Assembly (NCBI GenBank): GCA_016181765.1
Contig: JACOYR010000001.1
Location: 93,062 to 157,061, forward strand
Direction of reading: 5' to 3'
Origin: Parcubacteria group bacterium
GTDB taxonomy: Bacteria; Patescibacteriota; Patescibacteriia; UBA2169
Length of the DNA stretch: 64,000 bases
A program made the translations under genes and the position numbers. Under the pieces are notes generated by a model. That model did no database searches. It was given only the letters and a program-made list of their open reading frames with translations, and was not told the DNA's origin. Shown piece by piece: positions 8,118 through 17,121 of the stretch (position 1 is the stretch's first letter; each line of letters opens with the position of its first letter).

Positions 8118-10390
8118 CTAATTGCGGCTGACTCTCCATATGTGCACATCCCCCACGCGCCGCGGCTCGCCCAGGAGCTCAACTGTCTTATCTAAAACAA
8201 CATCATTGATCCACTTGTTCTCGGTCATGTAGTAGCATACATCTGCTCCGGTAATGCGGAATGCGGCGCTCATCCAGGCTTGGGACGGGGATTTTGACAT
8301 GCCGCTTCCAAGCCAAGCAAGGGCCAGGTGTTGGCGATGACGCAATAAGGTTCCCCGTCTTTTTGATGCTCTTGCCATACCAGGCGGCTCGCTTCCAGTT
8401 CATCTGTAGTTACGACTTCAAGCTTGGGGCCCGAGGCATAGGTTGATGTTGCCCCGAATGCGAGCAGAAATGTGATGGCAAGTATTTTTTTACGCATGGG
8501 AATCTTGATGCGCTTCTCGTGGAGGAAGAGCCATATCCCCCACCCCAAAAACAGAATCATAAAAAACACAATGGTCTCGTTCAGCCTGCGCGCGAGGATG
8601 TGCACGCCCTCGGTGAATGACCAGGAAATGAAGTACGCGCCGAGCGTTACTCCGAACAGGACCGCAAGCAGGACAATAACGCGCCGCTCGCGCTTCCGCC
8701 TCAAAAGGCGATACAGCGCCCAACAAATCACAAGCCACGCGCCCATGGAGACAATGAACGGCACGATGCGGTACGAGAACAAGGGCAGCCGCGACAGTGA
8801 TTCTTTACTCTGGTTATATAAAAAGTTCCCCTGGTCAATGAAATCCGGGGGCACCACGATTCCGATGAACCCGGACAGCCTGCCGAACGCGTCAGCCAGA
8901 GCGTCAATGACGCCTGGAATTGAGAGAGAGCCTGGCGCATAACTGGAAAGGCCCTGGAAGAGCTCCAAAAACGGAATCGCGAACACGGACGCGATGACGA
9001 GCAAACCGAAAATGGTTTTGTCGCGCAGCGCTATCCTGCGGTCGCTGAATCCGAACTTGAGCTTGAGCTTGTACCAGTGGTTGCGCTCCATAAAGAGCTT
9101 CCGCCAGCCGACAGCGAGAATGCCGAACAGGGCAAGCGCAAAAAAATTCAGGATGTACCCCCAGTAAAATGCGAACGAGAAGAAGCTTGCCGCAACAAGC
9201 GTGGAGCGCCTGCCCTCTGTTGCGTAGTGCGCCCACACGAGCAACACGAAAAAGAAAAACAAGTGCCCGAACGAAACCGGAATCGTGATGGCCCCTTCTG
9301 ACTGGAAGGTGTAGAAAAGCGTTGGCAAAAACGCGAACAGCAAACCTATTCGTTCCCCCTCCTTACCAAGGAGGGGGCCGGGGGGTGGTCCTTCATCAAA
9401 AACCAGCCGCCCGAACCAGTATAAAATGAGCGGCAGAAACAGCGACCAGAGCGCAAAAACAAGCAGCAGATCAACCCAGAACAAGCTCACCCCAAGGGAT
9501 TCGCTCAAAAAAATTGTTGATGCCCACTGTGATGCGTATGATGTTTTGTTGCCCGCAACCAGGGCCTCGGGCACTGCAATGGGCCCAAAGTAAATATTTG
9601 ACCGTTCTTCGCCCCAGATGCTCGGGGTGTAGATGTTCCCCTCCTGGAGCCACTCTTCCGCGCCCAGGTGCCGCCACTTGTCCCCTCCGAATCCGGTTTC
9701 ATACACCACCGGCAGATACGCGTGCGAGAGGTACGAGAATAGGATAATGAGGCCGAGCACGAGCTTGACGGAGCCGCGGGTAAACACCATATACCCAAGC
9801 AGAAACACGAGCCCGAAAAACAGCATCAATGTGAATGATGAGAGCGCGGCCCACGGGGAGAGGATGTACACCCCGGTGCGGCTGTGGAAGATGAAAAACG
9901 CGAACAGCGCCGAGAGGGCTATAAAACCAATGACCTGCCAGTCCCGTGTCATTGCGAGCGAACGTACTCGTGAGCGAAGCAATCTTAACGTCGCGCCTAA
10001 GAATGTCCTTTTGACACCAAGCCATCGTCGCGTTGATAGGATTGCTTCGCCTCGCTGTCGCTCGGCTCGCAATGACAAGAGCACTCCAACCAGCCCGACA
10101 ACAAGCAACGCCGCGGCAACCGCAATCCTATCGTACTTCCACACCACCACCGGAATGCCAATGGCAAACGCGGAGAGATAGAATCCAGTGAGAAATCCAA
10201 ACACTCGCGCCCATGCGGCGCTAAACGGAAGCACGCGTTCCAGAACCGCGCCCCAGGCCATGGCGTTCACGCCATAGTACAGGATCAAGCCAAAAACGCC
10301 GACCAAAAACGACTGGCCCCCGGTCCAGTTTCCGTACAAGAGCGCAACTGACGCTATGAGGAGCAGTGTGCGTGTTATGATCCGCCACAT
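8118..10390 (-). CDS. Large polytopic membrane protein, GT-C-like; frameshift near 8300
   Basis: Many TM segments and GGDKWRH loop; frame 8270-10390 ends abruptly after WPLLGLEAA and a plausible C-terminus (MSKSPS...HIWRVSRN) continues in another frame to 8118. Confidence 0.7.
9354..9389 (+). repeat. Palindrome family 1 copy, in frame in membrane protein
   Basis: CCCCTCCTT-ACC-AAGGAGGGG-GCCGGGGGGTGGT; encodes PPPGPLLGKEGE. Confidence 0.85.
9947..10077. repeat. Palindrome family 2 full element, in frame in membrane protein
   Basis: TGTCATTGCGAGC/GCTCGCAATGACA outer arms and GCGAAGCAATC/GATTGCTTCGC inner arms. Confidence 0.88.
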
Positions 10391-11526
10391 AGTGCGAGCA
10401 ATTGTTTTCCAATACTATCCCAATTATACCTCTTTTCCGCAAGTGCGCGAGCAGCTTTCCCCATGACTGCGCGCTTTGACGGATCAGCAAGCACAGTGCT
10501 GATTGCGGCAGCGAGCGCTTGTTCGTCCTTAATAGGCACTGTGATGCCGGACACGCCATCCTCGTACACGGACCGGACCCCGGGTAAATTTGACGTAATC
10601 ACCGGCGTGCCAGCTGCCATGGATTCAGCCAAAACAATCCCGAATGATTCTGACTGGTCAATGGACGGCAAAACCGTGACTGCCGCGGTTTGATACAGCT
10701 TCATCAATTCCTCATCTGATACGCCGCCTGCAAAGTTGACGCGGCCACTGACACCCAACTCTTGGGCTAATTTTTTGTACTGTTCCGCCAACTCCCCTTT
10801 TCCGGCTATGACAAGCCTTACTTCCCCCCTTGTATTCAGGAGGGGACCAAGGGGGGGTCTCGCAACCAACGAAAATGCCTTAATCAGGTATTCCACGCCC
10901 TTAAAATAGTGCGCCCTATCCAAACCCCCCACGAACAAAACTATATTCTCCCGCGGCGCGGGATTGAACGTAAACCGCTCAAAATCAACGCCAATGGGAA
11001 TGACGCGGAATTTTTTGTCATCTGACCAAAAGCGCCGCAAATCCGAATGCCGCGCATAATCTTCACTTGATGCGAGCACCGCATCTGCGGCGTTGATGAT
11101 CCGCGGCAGAAAAAATGCCGTGGCATACCAAAATACTAAGCCTTTCAACCCCGAACCTACCACATCCATGTTGTAGTTGAGGATAAGCTTGAACCCATAT
11201 TTCTTTTTTGCGCGATACACGGCCCGCATGCCCCCGAAAAACGGGTACTGCAAAATGACTGCATCAAAACCGCGCAGTTGACGTTCCAACTGCGGCACCC
11301 AAGCCGCGTTCCCGTATTTGAGCTTAGGCTCAAGCAGAATCACCTCCCCCTCCTTTATTAAGGAGGGGGTCGGGGGGTGGTCAGGTGCGGGGCTATATCC
11401 GTAATTCGGCGTAAACACGGACACACTCTGCCCTTGGCCCGCCAAAAGCCGCGCATGATGGTACGCGATGGTCCCCATGCCTCCGCGGTACGGAGGAAAT
11501 ACCGGCGTGACAACGGCTATCTTCAT
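10375..11526 (-). CDS. GT4 family glycosyltransferase with two palindrome-derived inserts
   Basis: FPPYRGG, KGVEYLI, ESFGIVLAESMAAG. Confidence 0.92.
   Translation of the reverse strand: MKIAVVTPVFPPYRGGMGTIAYHHARLLAGQGQSVSVFTPNYGYSPAPDHPPTPSLIKEGEVILLEPKLKYGNAAWVPQLERQLRGFDAVILQYPFFGGMRAVYRAKKKYGFKLILNYNMDVVGSGLKGLVFWYATAFFLPRIINAADAVLASSEDYARHSDLRRFWSDDKKFRVIPIGVDFERFTFNPAPRENIVLFVGGLDRAHYFKGVEYLIKAFSLVARPPLGPLLNTRGEVRLVIAGKGELAEQYKKLAQELGVSGRVNFAGGVSDEELMKLYQTAAVTVLPSIDQSESFGIVLAESMAAGTPVITSNLPGVRSVYEDGVSGITVPIKDEQALAAAISTVLADPSKRAVMGKAARALAEKRYNWDSIGKQLLALCGGS
10823..10860 (+). repeat. Palindrome family 1 degenerate copy, inside GT4
   Basis: CCCCCCTT-GTATTC-AGGAGGGG-ACCAAGGGGGGGT; encodes PPLGPLLNTRGE. 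Confidence 0.7.
11345..11381 (+). repeat. Palindrome family 1 copy, inside GT4
   Basis: CCCCTCCTT-TATT-AAGGAGGGG-GTCGGGGGGTGGT; encodes HPPTPSLIKEGE. Confidence 0.85.
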
Positions 11527-12557
11527 ATGAGTCGCACGATATGGAAATACAGTGACGAAAACGGGCTCATGACATAGGTGAGCGCCGGATTCCTGATTTC
11601 GGAAAACGAAAATCCCGCATCCATGGTCCTAAAAATCTTTCGGTCATTGACCGTGCGCATTGACTGCACGCGCCTGCGTTGGCGCGCGATTGAGGGAATA
11701 TTCACCAAAATCCAACCATAGCTTCTCAATTTCTTCCCGAGCCAGCCGCCCGCAATGCTGTACAAGAGCATCATCGCCTCAATCGCCAAAAGCATGGGGC
11801 TAAGCAATACCAGCGACTTGACGCTGTAGTTCTGCAAAAGCACGGCCCACCGGTTGCGCTCGGTCCAGTAAAACATTTCCTTGTTGCGGTTGAACTGGTA
11901 GTAGTGGTATGCAACCGCGCGTGGCGCGAGCATCACGCGGTAGCCGGCCAGTTTCGCGCGCCAGCACAAATCCAGATCCTCGTGGTACATAAAAAACTTC
12001 TCATCCAGCACGCCAATGCGCTCTAAGGCGCTGCGTTTGACGAGAAGCGCGGCGCCGGACGCATACCCAATGGAAAGCGGCTCGCGATCCTTCCATCGCT
12101 CCAGAGGCTCGCGATAATGCGAAACAAATCCGAATCCAAGGTAGTGCAAGGCATTGCCCGCGTTATTCGCCAATGACCGCTCATCGCCCAAAACCAGCAT
12201 CCCCTGCACGATTCCGACATCATCCGGTGACGCGGCTTTTACGATTTCAGACAAAAAATCAGGCGCAACTTCCATATCCTGGTTCAGCATCAAAATATAT
12301 TCGTACTTGTGGCGAAGCGCCTCCTTGATGCCGAGATTGCTGCCTCCCACAAACCCGAGATTCTTTACGGAACGGATTACATCAACATCAGGAAATTCTT
12401 TTTCCACGATGTCCGCAGTCCCGTCGGATGAAGCGTTGTCAACGACAATGACGCCAAAGCCCCCCGTGTACGCATTCCGAAAAACGGAAGCTAGGCATTT
12501 CTGTATCCACCTGCTTCCGTTGTAGGTAACGATAATTACTGCGACTTTATTCTTCAT
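11523..12557 (-). CDS. GT2 family glycosyltransferase
   Basis: IIVTYN, VVDNASSDGT, LNQD, FMYHEDLD. Confidence 0.92.
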   Translation of the reverse strand: MKNKVAVIIVTYNGSRWIQKCLASVFRNAYTGGFGVIVVDNASSDGTADIVEKEFPDVDVIRSVKNLGFVGGSNLGIKEALRHKYEYILMLNQDMEVAPDFLSEIVKAASPDDVGIVQGMLVLGDERSLANNAGNALHYLGFGFVSHYREPLERWKDREPLSIGYASGAALLVKRSALERIGVLDEKFFMYHEDLDLCWRAKLAGYRVMLAPRAVAYHYYQFNRNKEMFYWTERNRWAVLLQNYSVKSLVLLSPMLLAIEAMMLLYSIAGGWLGKKLRSYGWILVNIPSIARQRRRVQSMRTVNDRKIFRTMDAGFSFSEIRNPALTYVMSPFSSLYFHIVRLI

Positions 12558-12921
12558 CACCAATCACCCCGGACGATTCCTCTGGAATCGCCGGGGGCCC
12601 CGATTTCATGGCCACATGGCGCACGATTTTCGTAATGTCGCGCTCCACGCGCTCAATGTGCACGAATAACCGGAAGATGAGGTAAAACGCCAATGCAACG
12701 GCAATGTAAACGACCAAATCAATTCCGGTTGCCGTCTGCAACCCAATGTATGATGCAACGCGGTCCGCAAGCTGGGGGTACAGCGCCACCATGCCCACGC
12801 CAAACCACAGGAGCGCCCAAAACACAGCTTCCCGAAACGTGATTTCGCGCCGCTTGAGCTTGGCGCCAACGCGCGTAATCAGGAACAGAACGACAATGAT
12901 GGTAACAACTTGTATAAGCAT
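12547..12921 (-). CDS. DUF2304-like small membrane protein
   Basis: Three TMs, GIDLVVY, ERDITKIVR; downstream of a DPM-like GT2. Confidence 0.8.
   Translation of the reverse strand: MLIQVVTIIVVLFLITRVGAKLKRREITFREAVFWALLWFGVGMVALYPQLADRVASYIGLQTATGIDLVVYIAVALAFYLIFRLFVHIERVERDITKIVRHVAMKSGPPAIPEESSGVIGDEE
12564..12601 (-). repeat. Palindrome family 4 copy (38 nt)
   Basis: Minus strand GGGGCCCCCGGCGATTCC-AGA-GGAATCGTCCGGGGTGA. Confidence 0.7.
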
Positions 12922-12928
12922 AGGAATA

Positions 12929-13014
12929 AGGTGTACAGGGTGTGTAAAATTTTTCGCGAGAATGCATGGGCAAAGCCCCCTTCGGAGCGAAAAATTTTAC
13001 ACACCCGAACACCT
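12929..13014 (+). repeat. Palindrome family 3 copy A
   Basis: Perfect 20-bp outer stem (12938-12957/12987-13006) around GAGAATGCAT-hairpin-CCTTCGGA. Confidence 0.88.
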
Positions 13015-13026
13015 ATTACGGAAACA

Positions 13027-13698
13027 TTATTTTATCACTTTCCCCCATAAGAATCTGACCCCGAGCAGCACTTTCTTTATATTACTCTCTCCTTTCGCTT
13101 TTGAGTAGTCCGTGTACGCGATAGTCACCGGAACTTCGCAGACGGATAATCCATGCTCCGCGATCTGGTCAATCACCTCGGACGCATAGGACATGCCGTC
13201 CTGCCTGCAGTCAATAGCCTCCAGAGCGCGCGCCGAAAACGCGCGGAACCCGTTGTGGCTGTCCGTGAGCCTGATGCCGGAAAACGCCCACGTAAAAATA
13301 ATGGCAATCTTGATGAGAACTTTACGTACGAACGGCGTTGACGCATTGCCACGCAAAAATCGCGACCCAACCACCACATCAGCCTCGCCCGCCTGAATCG
13401 GCCCGATAACCCGGGCAATCTCGCCCGCATCATGCTGGCCGTCCCCGTCAAAGTGCACCACAATATCGTACCCATGCCCCAAGGCGTACTGATTTCCGGT
13501 TTCCAAAGCAGCGCCATACCCCCGGTTGACGAAATGGCGAAGTACCGCAGCACCGGCGCGACGAGCCTCATCCGCCGTGGCATCTAAAGACGCGTCATCA
13601 ACCACAAGCACCCCGTACCCGAGCTCCCGCACGGAGCGGACAACGCCAAAAATTTTTCGGGACTCATGGTATGCTGGAACAACGACGAGCGTGCGCAT
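13027..13698 (-). CDS. GT2, polyprenol-phosphate glycosyltransferase (DPM1-like)
   Basis: VPAYHE, NRGYGAA, HFDGDGQH, TDSHNGFRA. Confidence 0.9.
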   Translation of the reverse strand: MRTLVVVPAYHESRKIFGVVRSVRELGYGVLVVDDASLDATADEARRAGAAVLRHFVNRGYGAALETGNQYALGHGYDIVVHFDGDGQHDAGEIARVIGPIQAGEADVVVGSRFLRGNASTPFVRKVLIKIAIIFTWAFSGIRLTDSHNGFRAFSARALEAIDCRQDGMSYASEVIDQIAEHGLSVCEVPVTIAYTDYSKAKGESNIKKVLLGVRFLWGKVIK

Positions 13699-13702
13699 AA
13701 TT

Positions 13703-13740
13703 GGGGTCCCCAGAAACTGCCGAAGGCATTTCTGGGGTGA
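13703..13740 (+). repeat. Palindrome family 4 copy (38 nt)
   Basis: GGGGTCCCCAGAAACTGCC-GAA-GGCATTTCTGGGGTGA. Confidence 0.7.
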
Positions 13741-13744
13741 TATA

Positions 13745-15037
13745 TTAGCGGCCTATCCCCTCGTACTCAAAACCAAGCTTTTTCATCTCGCGGGGGTCAA
13801 GCAAATTCCGGGCGTCAATCACCAAAGGCTTGCGCATGATGGTCCGGATTTTAGCCCAGTCCAGCTCCCTGAATTCCGGCCACTCGGTCGCAATTACAAT
13901 GGCATCAGCTCCCAACGCGCCCTCGTGGGCATCACGCACCAAAATGACCAGGTCATTCAAAACTTTTTTCGCGTTCAATAAGGCGAGCGGGTCATAGGCG
14001 CTGATGTTGGCGCCCTGCTGCTGCAGCCGGCCGATGATGTCAATGGCGCCGGATTCGCGCACGTCATCCGTGTGCGCCTTAAACGCCAAACCCAGCACCA
14101 GGATATTCTTGCCGTTCAAAATTTTCAGGCGCTTATTCACCTTGTCAACCACTATTCTCCGCTGCTGCTCGTTCACCTCTATCACGGATTTCAAAAGTTT
14201 GAACGCGTACCCTTCGGCATCAGAAAACTGGTGCAGGGCGCGCACGTCTTTGGGGAAGCAGGAGCCGCCGTAGCCCATGCCCGCTTTCAGGAACGCCTTG
14301 CCGATGCGGGGGTCGGTTCCAATCCCTTCCGCGACTTTGTCCACGTCAGCGCCGGTCAGCTCGCAGATGTTCGCCACTTCGTTGATGAACGAAATCTTGG
14401 TCGCCAAAAACGCGTTTGCCGCGTACTTGATCATTTCAGCGGTCGCAAGGTCCGTCATGACAACCGGAGCTTTCACTCCCTGGTACATGTCCGCAACCGT
14501 CTGTGCCGCTTCCTCGTCATTGGAACCCACCACAATGCGGTCGGGCCGCATCATGTCCGCGACTGCCTGCGACTCGCGCAAAAATTCCGGATTTGAAACC
14601 ACGCTGAACTCGCCCTTAAACGCCTGGCGGATGGTGCGAGCCACGAGCTTGCCCGTACCCACAGGCACCGTGCTCTTGGTCACGACAATCGGCGTTTTCA
14701 CCTTCAGTTTTGCAAATTGCTTCCCGAGCTCGCGGGCAACCGCGCGCACCGCGGACAAATCAGCGCCCCCGTCCAGAAGGGGCGGGGTCCACACGCAGAT
14801 GAAGTGCACCCACGATTCGCGCACCGCCTCTTCCATGTTGGTAGTGTACGAGATGCGGTCCGCGTTCTTGTTCAGGAGCCGCTCCAGTCCGGGCTCGTGG
14901 ATGGGAATAATGCCGCGCTCAAGCTTCTCAATCTTCTCACGGTCAATATCCATGATGATGACCTCATGCCCAAACTCCGCGAATGCGGCCCCGGAAACGA
15001 GACCCACGTACCCGGCTCCAATGATGGATAGTTTCAT
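13745..15037 (-). CDS. ugd: UDP-glucose 6-dehydrogenase
   Basis: GAGYVG, KSTVPVG, NPEFLRE, GYGGSCFPKD. Confidence 0.93.
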   Translation of the reverse strand: MKLSIIGAGYVGLVSGAAFAEFGHEVIIMDIDREKIEKLERGIIPIHEPGLERLLNKNADRISYTTNMEEAVRESWVHFICVWTPPLLDGGADLSAVRAVARELGKQFAKLKVKTPIVVTKSTVPVGTGKLVARTIRQAFKGEFSVVSNPEFLRESQAVADMMRPDRIVVGSNDEEAAQTVADMYQGVKAPVVMTDLATAEMIKYAANAFLATKISFINEVANICELTGADVDKVAEGIGTDPRIGKAFLKAGMGYGGSCFPKDVRALHQFSDAEGYAFKLLKSVIEVNEQQRRIVVDKVNKRLKILNGKNILVLGLAFKAHTDDVRESGAIDIIGRLQQQGANISAYDPLALLNAKKVLNDLVILVRDAHEGALGADAIVIATEWPEFRELDWAKIRTIMRKPLVIDARNLLDPREMKKLGFEYEGIGR

Positions 15038-15945
15038 ACGTTTGTCCTAAACCACTCCCAGGTCACCCCAAGCCCTTCCTGAATGCCAACGCTCGGCTGC
15101 CAGCCGAGTTCTCGGGCCGCGAGACCATTATCCAAACTATTCCGCACTACCTCTCCTGCAACTGGTTTGGTACGCTCAATAGTAGTATCTTTTTGCGCTT
15201 CCTGCAAGAGTATGGAAGCAATCGTGTTAATGCTGGTTTCTATGCCCGTTGAAACATTATACATGCCAAATTTCTGGTTTGATGACAATGCCTTGATGTT
15301 TGCGCGTACTACGTCATCCACAAACACAAAATCCCTGGTCTGCTCCCCGTCTCCAAAAATAGTTAATGACGATCCAACCGCCAATTTCTTGCAGAAAACT
15401 GCCACCACTCCGCCCTCTCCCATGGTTCCCTGGCGCGGGCCGTACACGTTTGAATATCGCAATATGATTGACGGAATGCCGGACTCTTTCAACGCTCTTT
15501 CTATCTCTGCTTTCTGCTCTCCATAAGGTGATGTCGGCGCAACTGCTTCTGACTCTTTGATGGGCAGATTCTGGTTGTCCCCGTACACTGCCGCTGACGA
15601 CGCGAAGATGAACTTTGTGACACCCGCGGCTTTTGACGCGTTGATGACGTTCATTGATCCCGTGACATTCACGCCGTACGCAGCTTTAGGATCCTTGAAA
15701 CTCTCCCGAAGCTCAATCATAGCAGCCAAATGGAACACTGCTTCTGGCTTGTGTTCTGCAAACGCGCGACTGACGCTATCAGCATCACGAATATCAGCTT
15801 TTATGACCGTTGCCGCGGGGTTAATGAATTCGCGATTCCCCGCGCTAAAATCATCAAGGATCACGATTTCGTGACCCTCGCTGATCAAACCATCAACAAT
15901 GTGCGAACCGATGAACCCCGCTCCGCCGGTGACCAGGACGTTCAT
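15034..15945 (-). CDS. NAD-dependent epimerase/dehydratase (GalE-like)
   Basis: [25 protein letters not shown]. Confidence 0.9.
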   Translation of the reverse strand: MNVLVTGGAGFIGSHIVDGLISEGHEIVILDDFSAGNREFINPAATVIKADIRDADSVSRAFAEHKPEAVFHLAAMIELRESFKDPKAAYGVNVTGSMNVINASKAAGVTKFIFASSAAVYGDNQNLPIKESEAVAPTSPYGEQKAEIERALKESGIPSIILRYSNVYGPRQGTMGEGGVVAVFCKKLAVGSSLTIFGDGEQTRDFVFVDDVVRANIKALSSNQKFGMYNVSTGIETSINTIASILLQEAQKDTTIERTKPVAGEVVRNSLDNGLAARELGWQPSVGIQEGLGVTWEWFRTNV

Positions 15946-15946
15946 G

Positions 15947-17008
15947 CTACTCTTTCCTGTCAAGCGTGCTCTCCTCCCACAAGCCCTGCTGCTCGTAACT
16001 GGATTTGACGCTGCGCATGTACTCAATGGTTTCTTTGAGCCCTTGTTCCATCTTGACCACCGGAAACCATCCGAGCGAATCTTTGGCGCGTTTGATGTCC
16101 GGAAGACCCTGGTCATGCATGTCCGGCAACGGCTTATCAAAAATGACCTTGGATGCGGAACCGACCAGGGTGATGACCTGCTCGGCGATGTCCGCAAGAT
16201 GGTGCTCCTCATCGCTCCCGATGTTCACCGGCCCCTGCTCTTTGGGGAACTCCATGAGCTTCAGGATGCCCTCAACCGTGTCCCGCACGTAGCAGAACGT
16301 GCTCGCTTTTTCTTTTTCCCCGTAGATGGTGATGTCGTTCCCGTCAATGGCAGCGGCAATAAAATCCGGAATGTGCCGCCCCTCGGCCATGATCATGCGC
16401 GGCCCGTACGTGCTGAATATGCGGGCTATGGAAACGTCAACTCCTGCCTGATCGCGGTACACCGTGCACAGGGCCTCGCTGAAGCGCTTGCCCTCGTTGT
16501 ACGCGGCGCGCGAGCCAACCGGGTCAATGAACCCCCAGTAGTCTTCCTTGAAGTGCCCGTCCTCGGGGGGCGGGTCGCCGTAGATCGCGGATGACGAAAG
16601 GTGTACAACCCGCGCGCCATACTGCTTGGCAAGGTCAAGCACGTGTTTGGCGCCCAGAGAGTGCACGAGCGCAGTTTCCATGGCAAAGCGCTTGGGGTCT
16701 TTGTACGAGGTCGGGGTCGCGCAGTTGTAGATCTCCTGGATGCCCGCGAACTCAACCTCAAACACTTTCAACTCCGGGAACCGTACCAAGTTAATGGACT
16801 CGGTGATGTCGTGCCGCAGAAATTTGAAATTCGGCAGTGCTAGCTGCCGCTCAATGTTCATCACGGTGCCCGAAACCAGGTTATCAATGCAAATCACGTT
16901 CACGCCCGCATCGGACGCGAGCGCCTCGCAGATGTGCGAACCGATGAACCCCGCCCCTCCCGCAACAATCACATTCTTTTTTTTGAATACTCCTTGAGTG
17001 TTTGACAT
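15947..17008 (-). CDS. UDP-glucuronate decarboxylase-like SDR
   Basis: GGAGFIG, YNEGKR, RIFSTYGPRM. Confidence 0.85.
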   Translation of the reverse strand: MSNTQGVFKKKNVIVAGGAGFIGSHICEALASDAGVNVICIDNLVSGTVMNIERQLALPNFKFLRHDITESINLVRFPELKVFEVEFAGIQEIYNCATPTSYKDPKRFAMETALVHSLGAKHVLDLAKQYGARVVHLSSSAIYGDPPPEDGHFKEDYWGFIDPVGSRAAYNEGKRFSEALCTVYRDQAGVDVSIARIFSTYGPRMIMAEGRHIPDFIAAAIDGNDITIYGEKEKASTFCYVRDTVEGILKLMEFPKEQGPVNIGSDEEHHLADIAEQVITLVGSASKVIFDKPLPDMHDQGLPDIKRAKDSLGWFPVVKMEQGLKETIEYMRSVKSSYEQQGLWEESTLDRKE

Positions 17009-17021
17009 ATAGTAACGCAGT

Positions 17022-17114
17022 AATGAATTTTCAGGGGTACAAATTTCGTAGCGAGAATGATGAAGCGAAGCTTCCCTTCGGAGCGGAGAAATTTCGTACC
17101 CCTGACAATTCATT
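17022..17114 (+). repeat. Palindrome family 3 copy C
   Basis: TCAGGGGTAC/GTACCCCTGA arms around GAGAATGAT-GAAGCGAAGCTTC-CCTTCGGA. Confidence 0.85.
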
Positions 17115-17121
17115 GCCTAAT

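Noticed and set aside
15946-16212. N-terminal extensions of called ORFs (also 17009-17113, 31970-32053, 45558-45827, 61244-61330)
   Set aside because: They overlap upstream genes or palindromes, and conserved domains begin at the downstream ATG.
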